NCBI GenBank assembly: GCA_951406725.2
Contig: OX597814.1
Coordinates: 194,556,001-194,620,000 of the forward strand
Source of the DNA: Octopus vulgaris
Taxonomy: Eukaryota
DNA: 64,000 bases
Direction of reading: 5' to 3'
Position 1 is the first letter of the stretch. Every line of letters starts with the position of its first letter. The translations under genes and the position numbers were made by a program. Shown here one piece after another: positions 1-11,161 of this stretch. The notes beneath the pieces are model-generated. The model was not told where the DNA came from. It worked only from the letters and a program-made list of their open reading frames with translations, and ran no database searches.

Positions 1-47
1 TCTGATCTGGCAGTGTTTCTACGGCTGGATGCCCTTCCTAACGCCAG

Positions 48-93
<46 letters not shown>

Positions 94-192
94 CTTATAA
101 AATAAGGGTATATATTTGGGGTACTTAGGTCTGCTCAGGACTTAGTGCTTGCTTTTTCCATGGGTATGAGTAAGTATTCCATTTATGTCTTA

Positions 193-254
193 CGTATTAA
201 TCGCTGACGAGGGGAAAATTCTTATGAATTAACCCCAAAATTGGGACCAATACG
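193..254 (+). ncRNA. Degenerate minimal hammerhead ribozyme in a (TA)n-flanked element (~92-480)
   Basis: CTGACGA 204-210; stem II gggg-aattc/gaatt-cccc; GAAA mutated to AAAA; outer cgtatt/aatacg stem I remnant. Confidence 0.5.
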
Positions 255-483
255 GTTATAACGGAATTTTTTAGAAATTTCTATCGACATGTTTCGAGAC
301 GCATAAATTATAATGATTTATTGACAATTTTGTCTTTTTTTCGGCATATTTGGCATTAGAATTTTTCTCTTGCCTTTACTTTATAAGTTATTTATAAATT
401 TAACCTTTAAAGGTATTTTTTGATATGCTGGCCATTAATAAAAATTTTTTCTTTCAAATAAAATCTTATCCTACATTAGTTAG

Positions 484-516
<33 letters not shown>

Positions 517-540
517 TACACACATTCGCACACACATCCA

Positions 541-637
<97 letters not shown>

Positions 638-2185
638 AGCTGTAATCCTTATTAAAGATTCTGTTTTCAATTTATATGGAAGTGGGAAGAAGTGAGAAAA
701 AAGGTAACAAAAGAAACTCAGAGGCAGCTGCAACAACAACAAGCATTGCAAGGGCAACATTACAACAACAACAACAATCTGCACAAAAGCCAAAAATGGC
801 TACAATTGCAACTGCAACACTGACAGTTTGCCTCAGTTTATTAGCACATTTATAGGGTTTGGGGGCAAGGGACAAAATTAAACAGGTGGTCAAAGAAAAG
901 GTTTAGAAATACTCTAAGGGTATTTCGACAAATTAGCTCTTCAAATTTATTTATAAATTTTTAGGGGATTTTTTTTTTAAATTTTGTCCCCTTCCCCTCA
1001 AAAAAAAAGCTGTCACCTCTTGCCTCCTGCCACTCATGTTTACGAGAGCTGGGAAGTAAAATGATAGAGTAACACAAGATGCTGCATGTTTTAATGGACA
1101 TCATTTGATAGAAATTGTATGTTTAGGGGTCAGTTCTGCACAATGCACACAATGAAGTTCTGTTGTTCGTTTATCGTTACAATCACAGCAGATATTCTTT
1201 CTGTCATGCAGTTTCGTTTTGACTGCAAACAGCTGCTTTTCTAGAACAATCTACATACTTTCTCCTTCCATTTATAAGACTTGAGCCGTTGAAAAAGATA
1301 CGACAACTTCTTTTCAATAATTTATACTAAAAGTCTCTGAAATTGCTGCATTTAAATGTGAAGTTACATAAATTAAGAAATTTAAGGAAAATAAAAAAAA
1401 AAGAATTTTTTTTTTTTATGTGAAATAATTCTATTATTAATCCATCGAAACTTAATAAAGGATTATTTAAATTTCCAGAGTTGATAAGAAAAGAGACATC
1501 TTTGAGTGTGTATGGGGTACTTATGTATAGAAAAATCGAAGAATTAGGGTATTCACTGTTTCTTCTAAGTAAATATGGCTAGAATAGGTGATTTCATGAT
1601 TCACCTGGGATTGTGTAAATTAAGAATTGTGACAGATCAAATCAAATGTCATCTCGCATTCACTTCAAATCTTTGCCCATTAACTTCTATATACATAACT
1701 ATAGTATTCACATAACAGACAATTTCAAAACTTATCTTAAAATCAGATCCTTGTTCTTCACAATGCCTTTGTTCACCTAAAACAAGAATACTATCTTTTT
1801 TTTTGTTGTTTTTGTAATTAAAAGGAGGTACAATAGGCAGGGTGACTGCTGTAGCAAGCATCACTGACCATTCTCCATTGCAATGCTACAGCAGTCATGT
1901 CCACAGGGCATAGCTGAACACACCATGTTTTCTGGTGTACTCCCCACCTAGTCTTCTATTTAATTCCCCACTTTTCTTTCTTTTTCCTTTTTTTTACAAC
2001 TATCATGCAATGTCAAGACGAGGAGACAGAAACACACACACACATGCACACGTGTGAAGGGCTTCTTTCAGTTTCTATCAACCAGGTCTACTCACAAGGC
2101 TGGGACCAAGATGCCAAGCAAAGAAAATAATTTCAAAGACAGAAAAAAAAAAGAAGAAAAAAAGGAATTTTATAATTTCATTTAC

Positions 2186-2244
2186 CTTCACAACAGAATC
2201 GCATGTTGTCTTCCGTTTGGTTTGAAGGTTCCGTGCTTGAATCA
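2186..2244 (-). CDS. RGS3: Coding exon, C2 domain continuation (RGS3-like); gene continues beyond position 1
   Basis: ttttccaattattcAG|TG ATT CAA...GTG AAG|GTaaat. 59 nt, phase 1-0, reads VIQARNLQTKRKTTCDSVVK, matching the C2 pattern V..A.NL......CD..VK in frame with the previous exon. Confidence 0.88.
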
Positions 2245-2324
2245 CTGAATAATTGGAAAAAAAAATTAATATTTTCTAGTATAATATAAATCTCAAAATT
2301 TTCAGTGTAGAAAGGAATCATATA

Positions 2325-2557
2325 TATTTCTTTATTGCCCACAAGGGGCTAAACATAGAGGGGACAAACAAGAACAGACAAAGGGATTAAGTCGATTACA
2401 TCGACCCCAGTGCATAACTGGTACTTAATTTATCGACCCCGAAAGGATGAAAGGCAAAGTTGACCTTGGCGGAATTTGAACTCACAACGTAACGGCAGAC
2501 GAAATACGGCTACGCATTTCGCCCGGTGTGCTAACATTTCTGCCAGCTCACCACCTT
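2325..2557 (-). mobile_element. tRNA-derived SINE family N (Nin/Deu-like central domain)
   Basis: Head ggcggcgagctggcagaa, B-box gagttcaaattcc, core gcctttcatcctttcggggtcgataaa. Related copies near 9971-11160, 12900-13122, 17365-17566, 18173-18800, 20575-20881, 21572-21890, 25815-26036, 32865-33082, 54788-55020, 60550-60970. Confidence 0.85.
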
Positions 2558-2921
2558 TTAAACACACACACACGACAGGCTTCTACAGAGTTCCACCTAT
2601 CAAAGAAAAAGATACTCAACACATTTTGTAGAAGTTCTAGATCATTAAAGACTCAGTTGACCAAATCAATTGAGCCTGAACAAGATAGGTTTCTGCAAGA
2701 AGCCTGTGAGGATTTAAGTCACATGGTGCTGAATCAAACGGTTTTAAATGATGAAGATGATGATGATATGCACACACACACACACACGAGGGGGTGCTGA
2801 AAAGTTCCTAGCTTTGGGCAAAAGAAAATATAGGAGGATCAGTTAATTATCTGTTAACGGCTAGGCGTTCAGGCGAGTATACTGGCACTGATGTGGCAAC
2901 TTTTGAAATATTGTCTAAGTA

Positions 2922-2981
2922 AATGCAGCTGATGAAGACTTTGTCAAACGTATTTGAAGAGTCAGAAACTGGTCCTGCATT
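2922..2981 (+). ncRNA. Type I minimal hammerhead ribozyme (Penelope/retrozyme-like)
   Basis: Stem I aatgcag/ctgcatt; CTGATGA 2929-2935; stem II gactt(g)tcaaa/tttgaagagtc; GAAA 2965-2968; short stem III; GTC cleavage triplet ending 2974. Confidence 0.85.
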
Positions 2982-3180
2982 ATCCGATTCTAGGTAGTCC
3001 ATTTATCGAATGTTCTTCCTAGAGGTAAGACAAATTTTTTTCATGCTTGTTCCACACACACGTCTTTGCTAGTAAATACGCAGTGAAGCTATACATTAGC
3101 GTCGTATTTGTATCGATTGCCATTTTCCAGTAAATATTGGTGCCTTGTTGTACCACTTCTATTTATATATATATATATAT

Positions 3181-3500
3181 CATCATCATCATCATCATCA
3201 TCATCATCGTTTAACGTCCGTTTTCCGCGCTAGCACGGGTTGGACGGTTTCGACCGGGGTCTGGGGAGCCAGGGCCTCCCCGAGGCTCCAGTCTGGTCTG
3301 GCAGTGTTTCTACAGCTGGATGCCCTTCCTAACGCCAACCACTCCGCGAGTGTAGTGGGTGCTTTTTACGTGCCACCTGCACAGGTGCCAGAGGGGTCTG
3401 GCATCGGCCACAGTCGGTTGGTGCTTTTTATGTGCCACCTGCACAGAAGCCAGTCGGGGCGGTGCTGGCATCGGCCACGTTCGGATGGTGCTTTTTATGT
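3181..3500 (-). mobile_element. RTE-tail retroposon family copy
   Basis: (CAT)n + cgtttaacgtccgttttcc...ggatgcccttcctaacgccaaccac. Confidence 0.75.
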
Positions 3501-4148
3501 GGGGGGGGGGCAGAAATATAGGGGAGCACCAGCGGGGAGGGGTGTTCGGAGTGTTCATGTACTTGACTCAACAGGTCTCCTCAAGCACAGCGGGACGATC
3601 TGGGATCCGGGGTACTTTGAATGGGCAGGGTCTATGCGGAACTGATGCATTTTTTTTTTTTTTTTTTCCCCTGATCTCTCTTCCGGGGGGGGGGGGGTCC
3701 AGCTGAGAAAGGTTCCACCAGTGAGAAGAGAGGGAGAGAAAGTGGGGTGGTGCAGGTAATATAGGGAAGCACCAGCGGGGAAGGTTGGGGTAAGGAGGAA
3801 CGATGATAGGGAGGGGTTGGAACAGGTTCGTAAGAGATAAAAACGTAGGATATCACAAGGGGGGGGACTGGAAGGAGATAGCCGGTTGAGGCGGTGACAG
3901 ATTCAAAACAGGAGGAACGTAAGATCAGTGGGGAGGTTGATGAGCTGCGGCGCTTGCTGCTTATCTTGGTGGGGGGAGGTGTAGTACACAGTGAAAGCAT
4001 GTGAGGAGGAGGGGTAGGAGGGAGAGACACGTAATGGTGGTGGGGGAGGAGGAGTGAGGAGGGCATATCCGGTGTAGATGGGGTGAACAGTGTGAACAGT
4101 GTTCACCGGTATTGGTGGTGGGGGTGGGAAAAGGCGGGAGCACCGCGA

Positions 4149-5408
4149 ATGGCGAAGATTGGATTAAACTTCGTAGAGAAAGAATAGAGGGTATCTTAAG
4201 GGATTAAATTTCGTAGAGAAAGAATAAGATAGGGAAAGCGTGGCGAAGATCGAATTAAACTTCGTAGAGAAAGATAGAGGGTACCTAAAGGGATTAAATT
4301 TCGTAGAGAAAGAATAAGATAGGGAAAGCGTGGCGAAGATCGAATTAAACTTCGTAGAGAAAGATAGAGGGTACCTAAAGGGATTAAATTTCGTAGAGAA
4401 AGAATAAGATAGGGAAAGCGTGGCGAAGATCGAATTAAACTTCGTAGAGAAAGATAGAGGGTACCTAAAGGGATTAAATTTCGTAGAGAAAGAATAAGAT
4501 AGGGAAAGCGTGGCGAAGATCGAATTAAACTTCGTAGAGAAAGATAGAGGGTACCTAAAGGGATTAAATTTCGTAGAGAAAGAATAAGATAGGGAAAGCG
4601 TGGCGAAGATCGAATTAAACTTCGTAGAGAAAGATAGAGGGTACCTAAAGGGATTAAATTTCGTAGAGAAAGAATAAGATAGGGAAAGCGTGGCGAAGAT
4701 CGAATTAAACTTCGTAGAGAAAGATAGAGGGTACCTAAAGGGATTAAATTTCGTAGAGAAAGAATAAGATAGGGAAAGCGTGGCGAAGATCGAATTAAAC
4801 TTCGTAGAGAAAGATAGAGGGTACCTAAAGGGATTAAATTTCGTAGAGAAAGAATAAGATAGGGAAAGCGTGGCGAAGATCGAATTAAACTTCGTAGAGA
4901 AAGATAGAGGGTACCTAAAGGGATTAAATTTCGTAGAGAAAGAATAAGATAGGGAAAGCGTGGCGAAGATCGAATTAAACTTCGTAGAGAAAGATAGAGG
5001 GTACCTAAAGGGATTAAATTTCGTAGAGAAAGAATAAGATAGGGAAAGCGTGGCGAAGATCGAATTAAACTTCGTAGAGAAAGATAGAGGGTACCTAAAG
5101 GGATTAAATTTCGTAGAGAAAGAATAAGATAGGGGAAAGCGTGGCGAAGATTGAATTAAACTTCGTAGAGAAAGATAGAGGGTACCTAAAGGGATTAAAT
5201 TTCGTAGAGAAAGAATAAGATAGGGAAAGCGTGGCGAAGATCGAATTAAACTTCGTAGAGAAAGATAGAGGGTACCTAAAGGGATTAAATTTCGTAGAGA
5301 AAGAATAAGATAGGGAAAGCGTGGCGAAGATCGAATTAAACTTCGTAGAGAAAGATAGAGGGTACCTAAAGGGATTAAATTTCGTAGAGAAAGAATAAGA
5401 TAGGGAAG
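4149..5408. repeat. Near-perfect 90-bp tandem array, ~14 units
   Basis: Unit ggattaaatttcgtagagaaagaataagatagggaaagcgtggcgaagatcgaattaaacttcgtagagaaagatagagggtacctaaag, made of two related half-units. Confidence 0.95.
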
Positions 5409-5663
5409 GCAAGCTCGTTAGTGTATAAGTTCAAACATTTAAAAACGATTAGCGGCAAATGTATGTAAGTTGTGGAAGATAGGGAGAGAAAAAAAAAAAT
5501 ATAGACTTGCTGTGGACATCGGTGACACACACACAAGATTGAAGCCTGGTGCGGCCATCTGGTTCACCAGCCCTCAGTCAATCATCCAACCCATGCTAGC
5601 ATGGAAAGCGGACGTTAAACGATGATGATGATGATGATGACACACAATATATATAGATTAGAG

Positions 5664-5986
5664 CATAGGTTCTCAAAGTGCCCCCCCTCCTGGTTGTTGA
5701 GGCAATCTAGGTGGGCACTGGTGCCTAAGGAGATGGTGGTAGTTGGGGCAGTAGAGAAAAAGGGTGCATTGAGAAGAAGGCAGTGAATTGGGGGACGCTA
5801 TGAATTATTATATTATTATAGTATTGTTTACAAATTATATAATATATTAAATATCAAATGATTCATAGTATATATAAATTAGTAAAATATAAAATATTTA
5901 TTTATACATAAAAATAGGGGTGAGGGCACTAGGGGTATTATGTGGCCACGAGAGGGGCAGTGGCCCAAAAAGTTTGAGAACCTCTG
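5664..5986. mobile_element. hAT-type MITE
   Basis: TIRs cataggttctcaaa/tttgagaacctctg; 8-bp TSD gattagag/ggttagag. Confidence 0.8.
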
Positions 5987-6356
5987 GGTTAGAGACAGAT
6001 GTTTATATAGAATACACTTTAAAGTACTCTAGAGATATGAACTCGAGTGGGTAGATGAGTAAAAGTATCAAACTCCATCCTATCAACACCTCAAATGTAA
6101 AAACTCTCCCTTGAAGACAGAGGTGGTGTTATCCGATAATAGATCCAAGTAACCATCATTATTCCAAACCACCAAGGCCCCAGAAACAGCTGTTGGACTC
6201 ATAAAACTCTACCCATTGAACTCCTGATACATTCTGTAAGTCAGACTATTTTAGATCCATACACATGTACATTTTTTTTCTCTATTAAATGTATTTAATA
6301 TTCTGAGTAAATCAAATTGCCTAACTTTCTTGTCATTACTCTCTCTCTCATATATA

Positions 6357-6910
6357 TAGGAGTGGCGTAGGAGTGGCTGTGTGGTAAGTAGCTTGCTTAC
6401 CAACCACATGGTTACGGGTTCAGTCCCACTGCATGGCAGCGGTGGTATTTGATTACAAAATAATATAAGATTTTTAAAATTGTCGACTTTTAGGCATATG
6501 GTAAGTAGCTTGCTTACGAACCACATGGTTCCGGGTACAGTCCCACTGCATGGTACCTTGGGCAAGTGTCTTCTACTATAGCATCGGGCCAACCAAAGCC
6601 TTGTGAGTGGATTTGGTAGATGGAAACTGAAAGAACTGCATCGTATATATGTATATATATGTGTGTGCATGTGTGTGTGTGTGTGTGTATGTTTGTGTCT
6701 GTGTTTGTCCCCCCACCCCCCACAACATTGCTTGACAACTGATGCTGGTTGTGTTTACGTCCCTGTAACTTAGCGGCTTGGCAAAAGAGACTGATAGAAT
6801 AAGTACTGCGCTTACAAAGAATAAGTCCTGGGGTCGATTTGCTCGACTGAAGGCGGTGCTCCAGAATGGCCACAGTCAAATGACTGAAACGAGTAAAAAG
6901 AGTAAAAGAG
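6357..6910 (+). mobile_element. tRNA-derived SINE family B, here with a duplicated head
   Basis: Head ggagtggctgtgtggtaag, B-box gggttcagtccc, ccttgggcaagt core, internal (TA/TG)n, (taaaagag)n tail. Other copies near 7950-8340, 12090-12492, 17593-17947, 22247-22594, 27155-27515, 30952-31268, 56750-57460. Confidence 0.85.
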
Positions 6911-7327
6911 TGTATATGTGTGCGTGTATGTATGTATGTATGTATGTATGTATGTATGTATGTATGTATATATCTCATCATCATCATCATCATCGTTTAG
7001 CGTCCATTTTCCATGCTAACATGGGTTGGAATATCAAATAGGGTACCGATTCTGCAGGTTTGTGGGAAGTGAAATGTTTATCCCTACAGCCATGTCTATG
7101 CCTGAGAGTCATGCTTTGTTAATTACTTTCAAGCAACCCATATGGGAGATTTTGTCTACAAATCTCAGTTGAATGAAGTTTCAGTATAATTATACAAGTA
7201 GCAAAATCCTACCACATTTGCATATTGAATGCTCCCCTGTGCCCCCCCCCACACACACGCACACTTTTTTTTTTTTTTTTTTTTTTTTTGGTGCCTTCAG
7301 CCATATTGTCAAAAAGTTGTAACTTAC

Positions 7328-7378
7328 CATTTACTGTCAGCATGCCAGAATTCATGTAGATTGACAACTTCAATTGAC
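7328..7378 (-). CDS. RGS3: Coding exon, start of C2 domain (RGS3-like)
   Basis: ttctgttttcAG|GT CAA TTG...AAT G|GTaagt. 51 nt, phase 1-1, reads GQLKLSIYMNSGMLTVN, resembling the GQL(R/K)LSI start of the RGS3 long-isoform C2 domain (recalled, not searched). Confidence 0.88.
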
Positions 7379-8459
7379 CTGAAAACAGAAATCAACACCT
7401 ATGTAAAAAGAGAAGCAGGGGTTGGGAGGGGAGCAGCAGCTCCATCACCACCACCACCACCACCACCACCACCACCATCACCATCACCATCATCATCATC
7501 AGAAACACCCTGTACTAGTGTTAGTCTTCTTACTATCAGTTATCCTAAACAGACCCTGACCCTGCAAATAGTTCACCTCTATGTTACTATCAAACACAAC
7601 CTTCACCCTTTTATGGCCCCTGTTTCTGTAGGAATACATTACTTTGTTTAAATTAACTTTGAAAATAATAAGGAATTTAGTAAAATAAACAATTTTGTTG
7701 TTATTCAGCTGGTGTTGGGAACAGAAATTTTGATAGAAGGTTTTTTAATTTAGGTGAGATTTTAAAACAGGAAGTTTGTGTCTGTATAACTAGAGTCAGC
7801 CTCAGGAAATTCAGTATCAAAAGGGTCAATCATAGCAAGTCAACAACAGGTGGGAATAACTTGTATGTGTTGCTCGACCTGCTAGAAATAGCAACCTATT
7901 TTCCTTCAAATTACACTCTATCATTATTAAAAAAATAAACAAAAAACATTAGGTGGTAAGTAGCTTGCTTACCAACCACATGGTTCCGGGTTCATTCCTA
8001 CTATATGGCACTTTGGGCAAGTCTTCTACTATAGCCTAGGGCCGATCAAAGCCTTGTAAGTGGATTTAGTAGGCGGAAAGTGAAAGAAGCCCATCGTATA
8101 TGTGTGTGTGTGTGTGTTTATGCTTGTGTGTCTGTGTTTGTCCCCCCAACATTGCTTGACAACCAATGGTGGTGTGTTTATGTTCCCGTAACTTAGCGGT
8201 TTGGCAAAAGGGACCAATAGAATAAGTACTAGGCTTGCAAAGAATAAGTTCTAAAGGCGGTGCTCTACTACAGCCTCGGGCCGACCAAAGCCTTGTGAGT
8301 GGATTTGGTAGACGGAAACTGAAAGAAGCCCATTGTATATATGTACGTATAAATGTGCCATTTAAGGGGGACACAGCTATGGGTGGCATAGCTCAGTGAT
8401 TACAATACACACAGATTAGTAGACAGAACCAAGAAAAAGAAACAACCAAAATATCAAAC

Positions 8460-8621
8460 CTTGTTTACGCAGATTTTTGACAGCTTCCTTCTTATATTTG
8501 CTCATTCGTTCCTGTGAGATTTGAGTTCCTGGGACATTGATACGCAATCTCTTGAAAGGACTAAGGTCAGCTTCCATCCCCCAGTCTTTTTCTTCCTTTC
8601 TTTTACTGTTTGATGTCATAA
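8460..8621 (-). CDS. RGS3: Coding exon of an RGS3-like/PsGEF-type C2-domain protein (segment N-terminal to C2)
   Basis: Minus strand: tatcttttccAG|TT ATG ACA...AAA CAA G|GTttga. 162 nt, phase 1-1, reads MTSNSKRKEEKDWGMEADLSPFKRLRINVPGTQISQERMSKYKKEAVKNLRKQ and joins in frame to the 7328-7378 exon. Confidence 0.8.
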
Positions 8622-9007
8622 CTGGAAAAGATAAATACCAGGGAGAGTCTTAAAAAAACCTTGTTCCATGAAACATGTATTGTAACAATTACAAACAATA
8701 ATGGTAGTACTTATTGGTGGTAGTGAGGTAGTGGTGACAACAAAGCTAAAATGGTGGTAATTATGATATCTCTATATATATATATATATATATATATACA
8801 TACACATAAACGGCAAAATGCCTCTGTGTGTGTATCATCATAATCATCATCATCATCGTTTAACGTCCGTTTTCCGCGCTAGCACAGGTTGGACGGTTCG
8901 ACCGGGGTCTGGGAAGCCAGGGGCTGCACCTGGCTCCAGTCTGATCTGGCAGTGTTTCTACAGCTGGATGCCCTTCCTAACGCCAACCACTCTGAGAGTG
9001 TAGTATA

Positions 9008-9335
9008 TCCTTTATACAAATCCACAATTTTTCAGTTAGAGGGCTCGCACTTTTTATGGTCATTCAAAACCGTCCAAGGGTGGTCGTGCACATCTTTACA
9101 TTTCCCCAGTCACCCCGCAAAGCCATTAAAAAATCAATAGAAGTGACTTTTTTTTGTGAATTTTCTATCCAAAACCCAATCAGAATGCCCAAAACTCGAT
9201 ACGCCAATTGAATGCCAGCAAGCTGTATGTGATTGGTCGGAGATTTGGGCAGTACTCGCGTGTATGTGCGCATGCACACAGCTGTATATGCATGCATTAG
9301 CACTATGACCTAGCAACGCCGGGTCATAGTGCTAG
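9008..9335 (+). mobile_element. Non-autonomous Helitron
   Basis: A|TC start, 3' hairpin gacctagcaacgccgggtc, CTAG|T end, no TSD. Confidence 0.75.
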
Positions 9336-9452
9336 TATGTGATAAGCCATGGTACTGATGGTGGTGGTGGTGGTGGTGATGATGATGCTTATACTTATGC
9401 TCAATGCATCCTTGTGTTGAAGATGAGTAGATTCTGAATGATATATTCTCAC

Positions 9453-9507
9453 CTGTATGTAAGGTAAACTTATCCAAACCAATGTTTTGTTCAATCAGCT
9501 TTTTCAT
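9453..9507 (-). CDS. Candidate first/alternative coding exon of the same gene
   Basis: ATG at 9507 with an in-frame stop upstream, reads MKKLIEQNIGLDKFTLHT, ends CAG|GTGAGA. Phase 1 is compatible with the acceptor at 8621 (G+TT=Val). Confidence 0.45.
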
Positions 9508-10075
9508 TAACTCTACACAACATGAGATTTTGTGAAAAATTACTCATAATAGTTTGAATTGTATTCACTGCAATTTCTGCCAGCTGTTCAACAAGGACAA
9601 TGTAAAGATAAGTTACAGTTGTATGCAAAACGTGGCAAGTGCCATTAAGTGTTAGAGTGCAAAAACTTTGTAAACTAATGGAAAAGAAAAGAGAAATGGC
9701 ATGCAATTGCCAAAATATAGGTTTTCCTTTAAATCAAACATGAGTCAGCCATGGCTCCACCCATCTAGAAGGGCAGTAACTCTGCATATTTGTAATCTCC
9801 AACATTTAGAACATAGGAATCCCAAGAAATATATTTTTTAAAATGCATTTTTCAAGGAGAGGTGCAAAACTGCATTAGCCCCCAATTTAATACATGGTAA
9901 TAAATATTTCAATGGCATGACAATTTATTCGCACTTCATGTATATAATCATCATTATAATATAGCTCATTAAGGTGGCGAGCTGGCAGAATCATTAGCAC
10001 ACTGGACGAATTGCCTAGCGGTATTTCACCAGTCACTACGTTCAAATTCCACCAAGGTTGACTTAACCTTTGATC

Positions 10076-11071
10076 TGTAGCATACGCTTGAGGGAAATTC
10101 CTCTCTCTCTATTATATATACATAAATACGGACGTAGTAGATAACAGCTAGCCTTCGGCCACCCTTTTAGACCCTGTTGTGTCCACAACTCTGATTGGTT
10201 GGTATTGGCGCAGTTTGTCTCTTGCTCTATTGTGCACCAATATGCAACCCAACCAATCGCAGCCTTTTGATAAGGTCATGTGAGACAGTCTTTTCTAAAC
10301 CTCCAGTGAGCTGACTTCATCCTGTAAAACTCTAGCTTCACATCAAGTCGAGGTCTTTCGGTTCCAGACCTTTTGAGGTCTAGCCACTGACCACACAGGA
10401 CACAGCCAGTTCCAGTGACAACACAACAGCAGTCACATGGAGACTCATCAACTTCGTCCAGCAGCATTCAGGACTTCCTGATTGCTCTGTTGCCACCATT
10501 TGTCCTAACATCAACATCATCTCTCTACGTACACAGCAACAAGCAACACTTGCACAGGTTCCAACACTGCACTGTTTGTGAATCATTTCACTATGGTTAA
10601 CAACAAAATACAACCTGCAAGAACTTCCTGTACCAAGTGACCGGCAGCAGTATCATAGCCACAACTTCTTGTACGACATGTACCTCGACAGGCTCTGCAT
10701 TACTGCCACAACTTCTTGATACAGCATTTCAACTATCATGTACCTTGTCTACGAACTGATATTTATCATCTTTGTGTCTGAACGTTCTTCTAACGTCATA
10801 TTATAGACTCTTTCAATGCTCTCTACTTATTACACACGCATACATCCATGTTTGTACACACACACTTTGTTCTCATGACGGCCTATTATTATGCATATGA
10901 CACACACACACGTTAACATATAAATAAAATCTTCTCTTAAACATTCTACCCGGTTGTGTCTCTCTTTTCCTTCTGGCACATATACACATTTATTCTTTTC
11001 ATATTTATTGTATTATCATGTGATGTGCAAAGGAGCCATTCTCGTCACCTCACTTCACATAGTCGTTTACA
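10076..11071 (+). mobile_element. Solo LTR (~996 bp) inserted in a family N SINE
   Basis: TGTA...TACA termini; 4-bp TSD GATC (10072-10075, 11072-11075); AATAAA near 10923; the SINE core resumes directly after the insert. Confidence 0.8.
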
Positions 11072-11161
11072 GATCCTTTCGGGATACGTACTGGGGTCAA
11101 TCTAATCGACTGCCCTGCTCTCCTCCAAAATTTCAGACCTTGTGCCTATAATAGAAAGGAT

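Noticed and set aside
1649-1776. Minus-strand terminal exon (GEQRHCEEQ...VNAR*)
   Set aside because: It has an acceptor-like ttttAG and fits phase 1, but the real upstream exon (2186) ends in phase 0, giving an early stop, and the peptide does not continue the C2 domain.
4149-5408. CRISPR-like array or repeat-protein gene
   Set aside because: No unique spacers, eukaryotic context, no cas genes; the open frame is broken by an insertion and has no splice support.
6100-6205. Further hammerhead candidates here and near 29612, 48185, 52590, 55365
   Set aside because: Only half the core (GAAAC-palindrome or CUGANGA) is present, or stem I cannot form.
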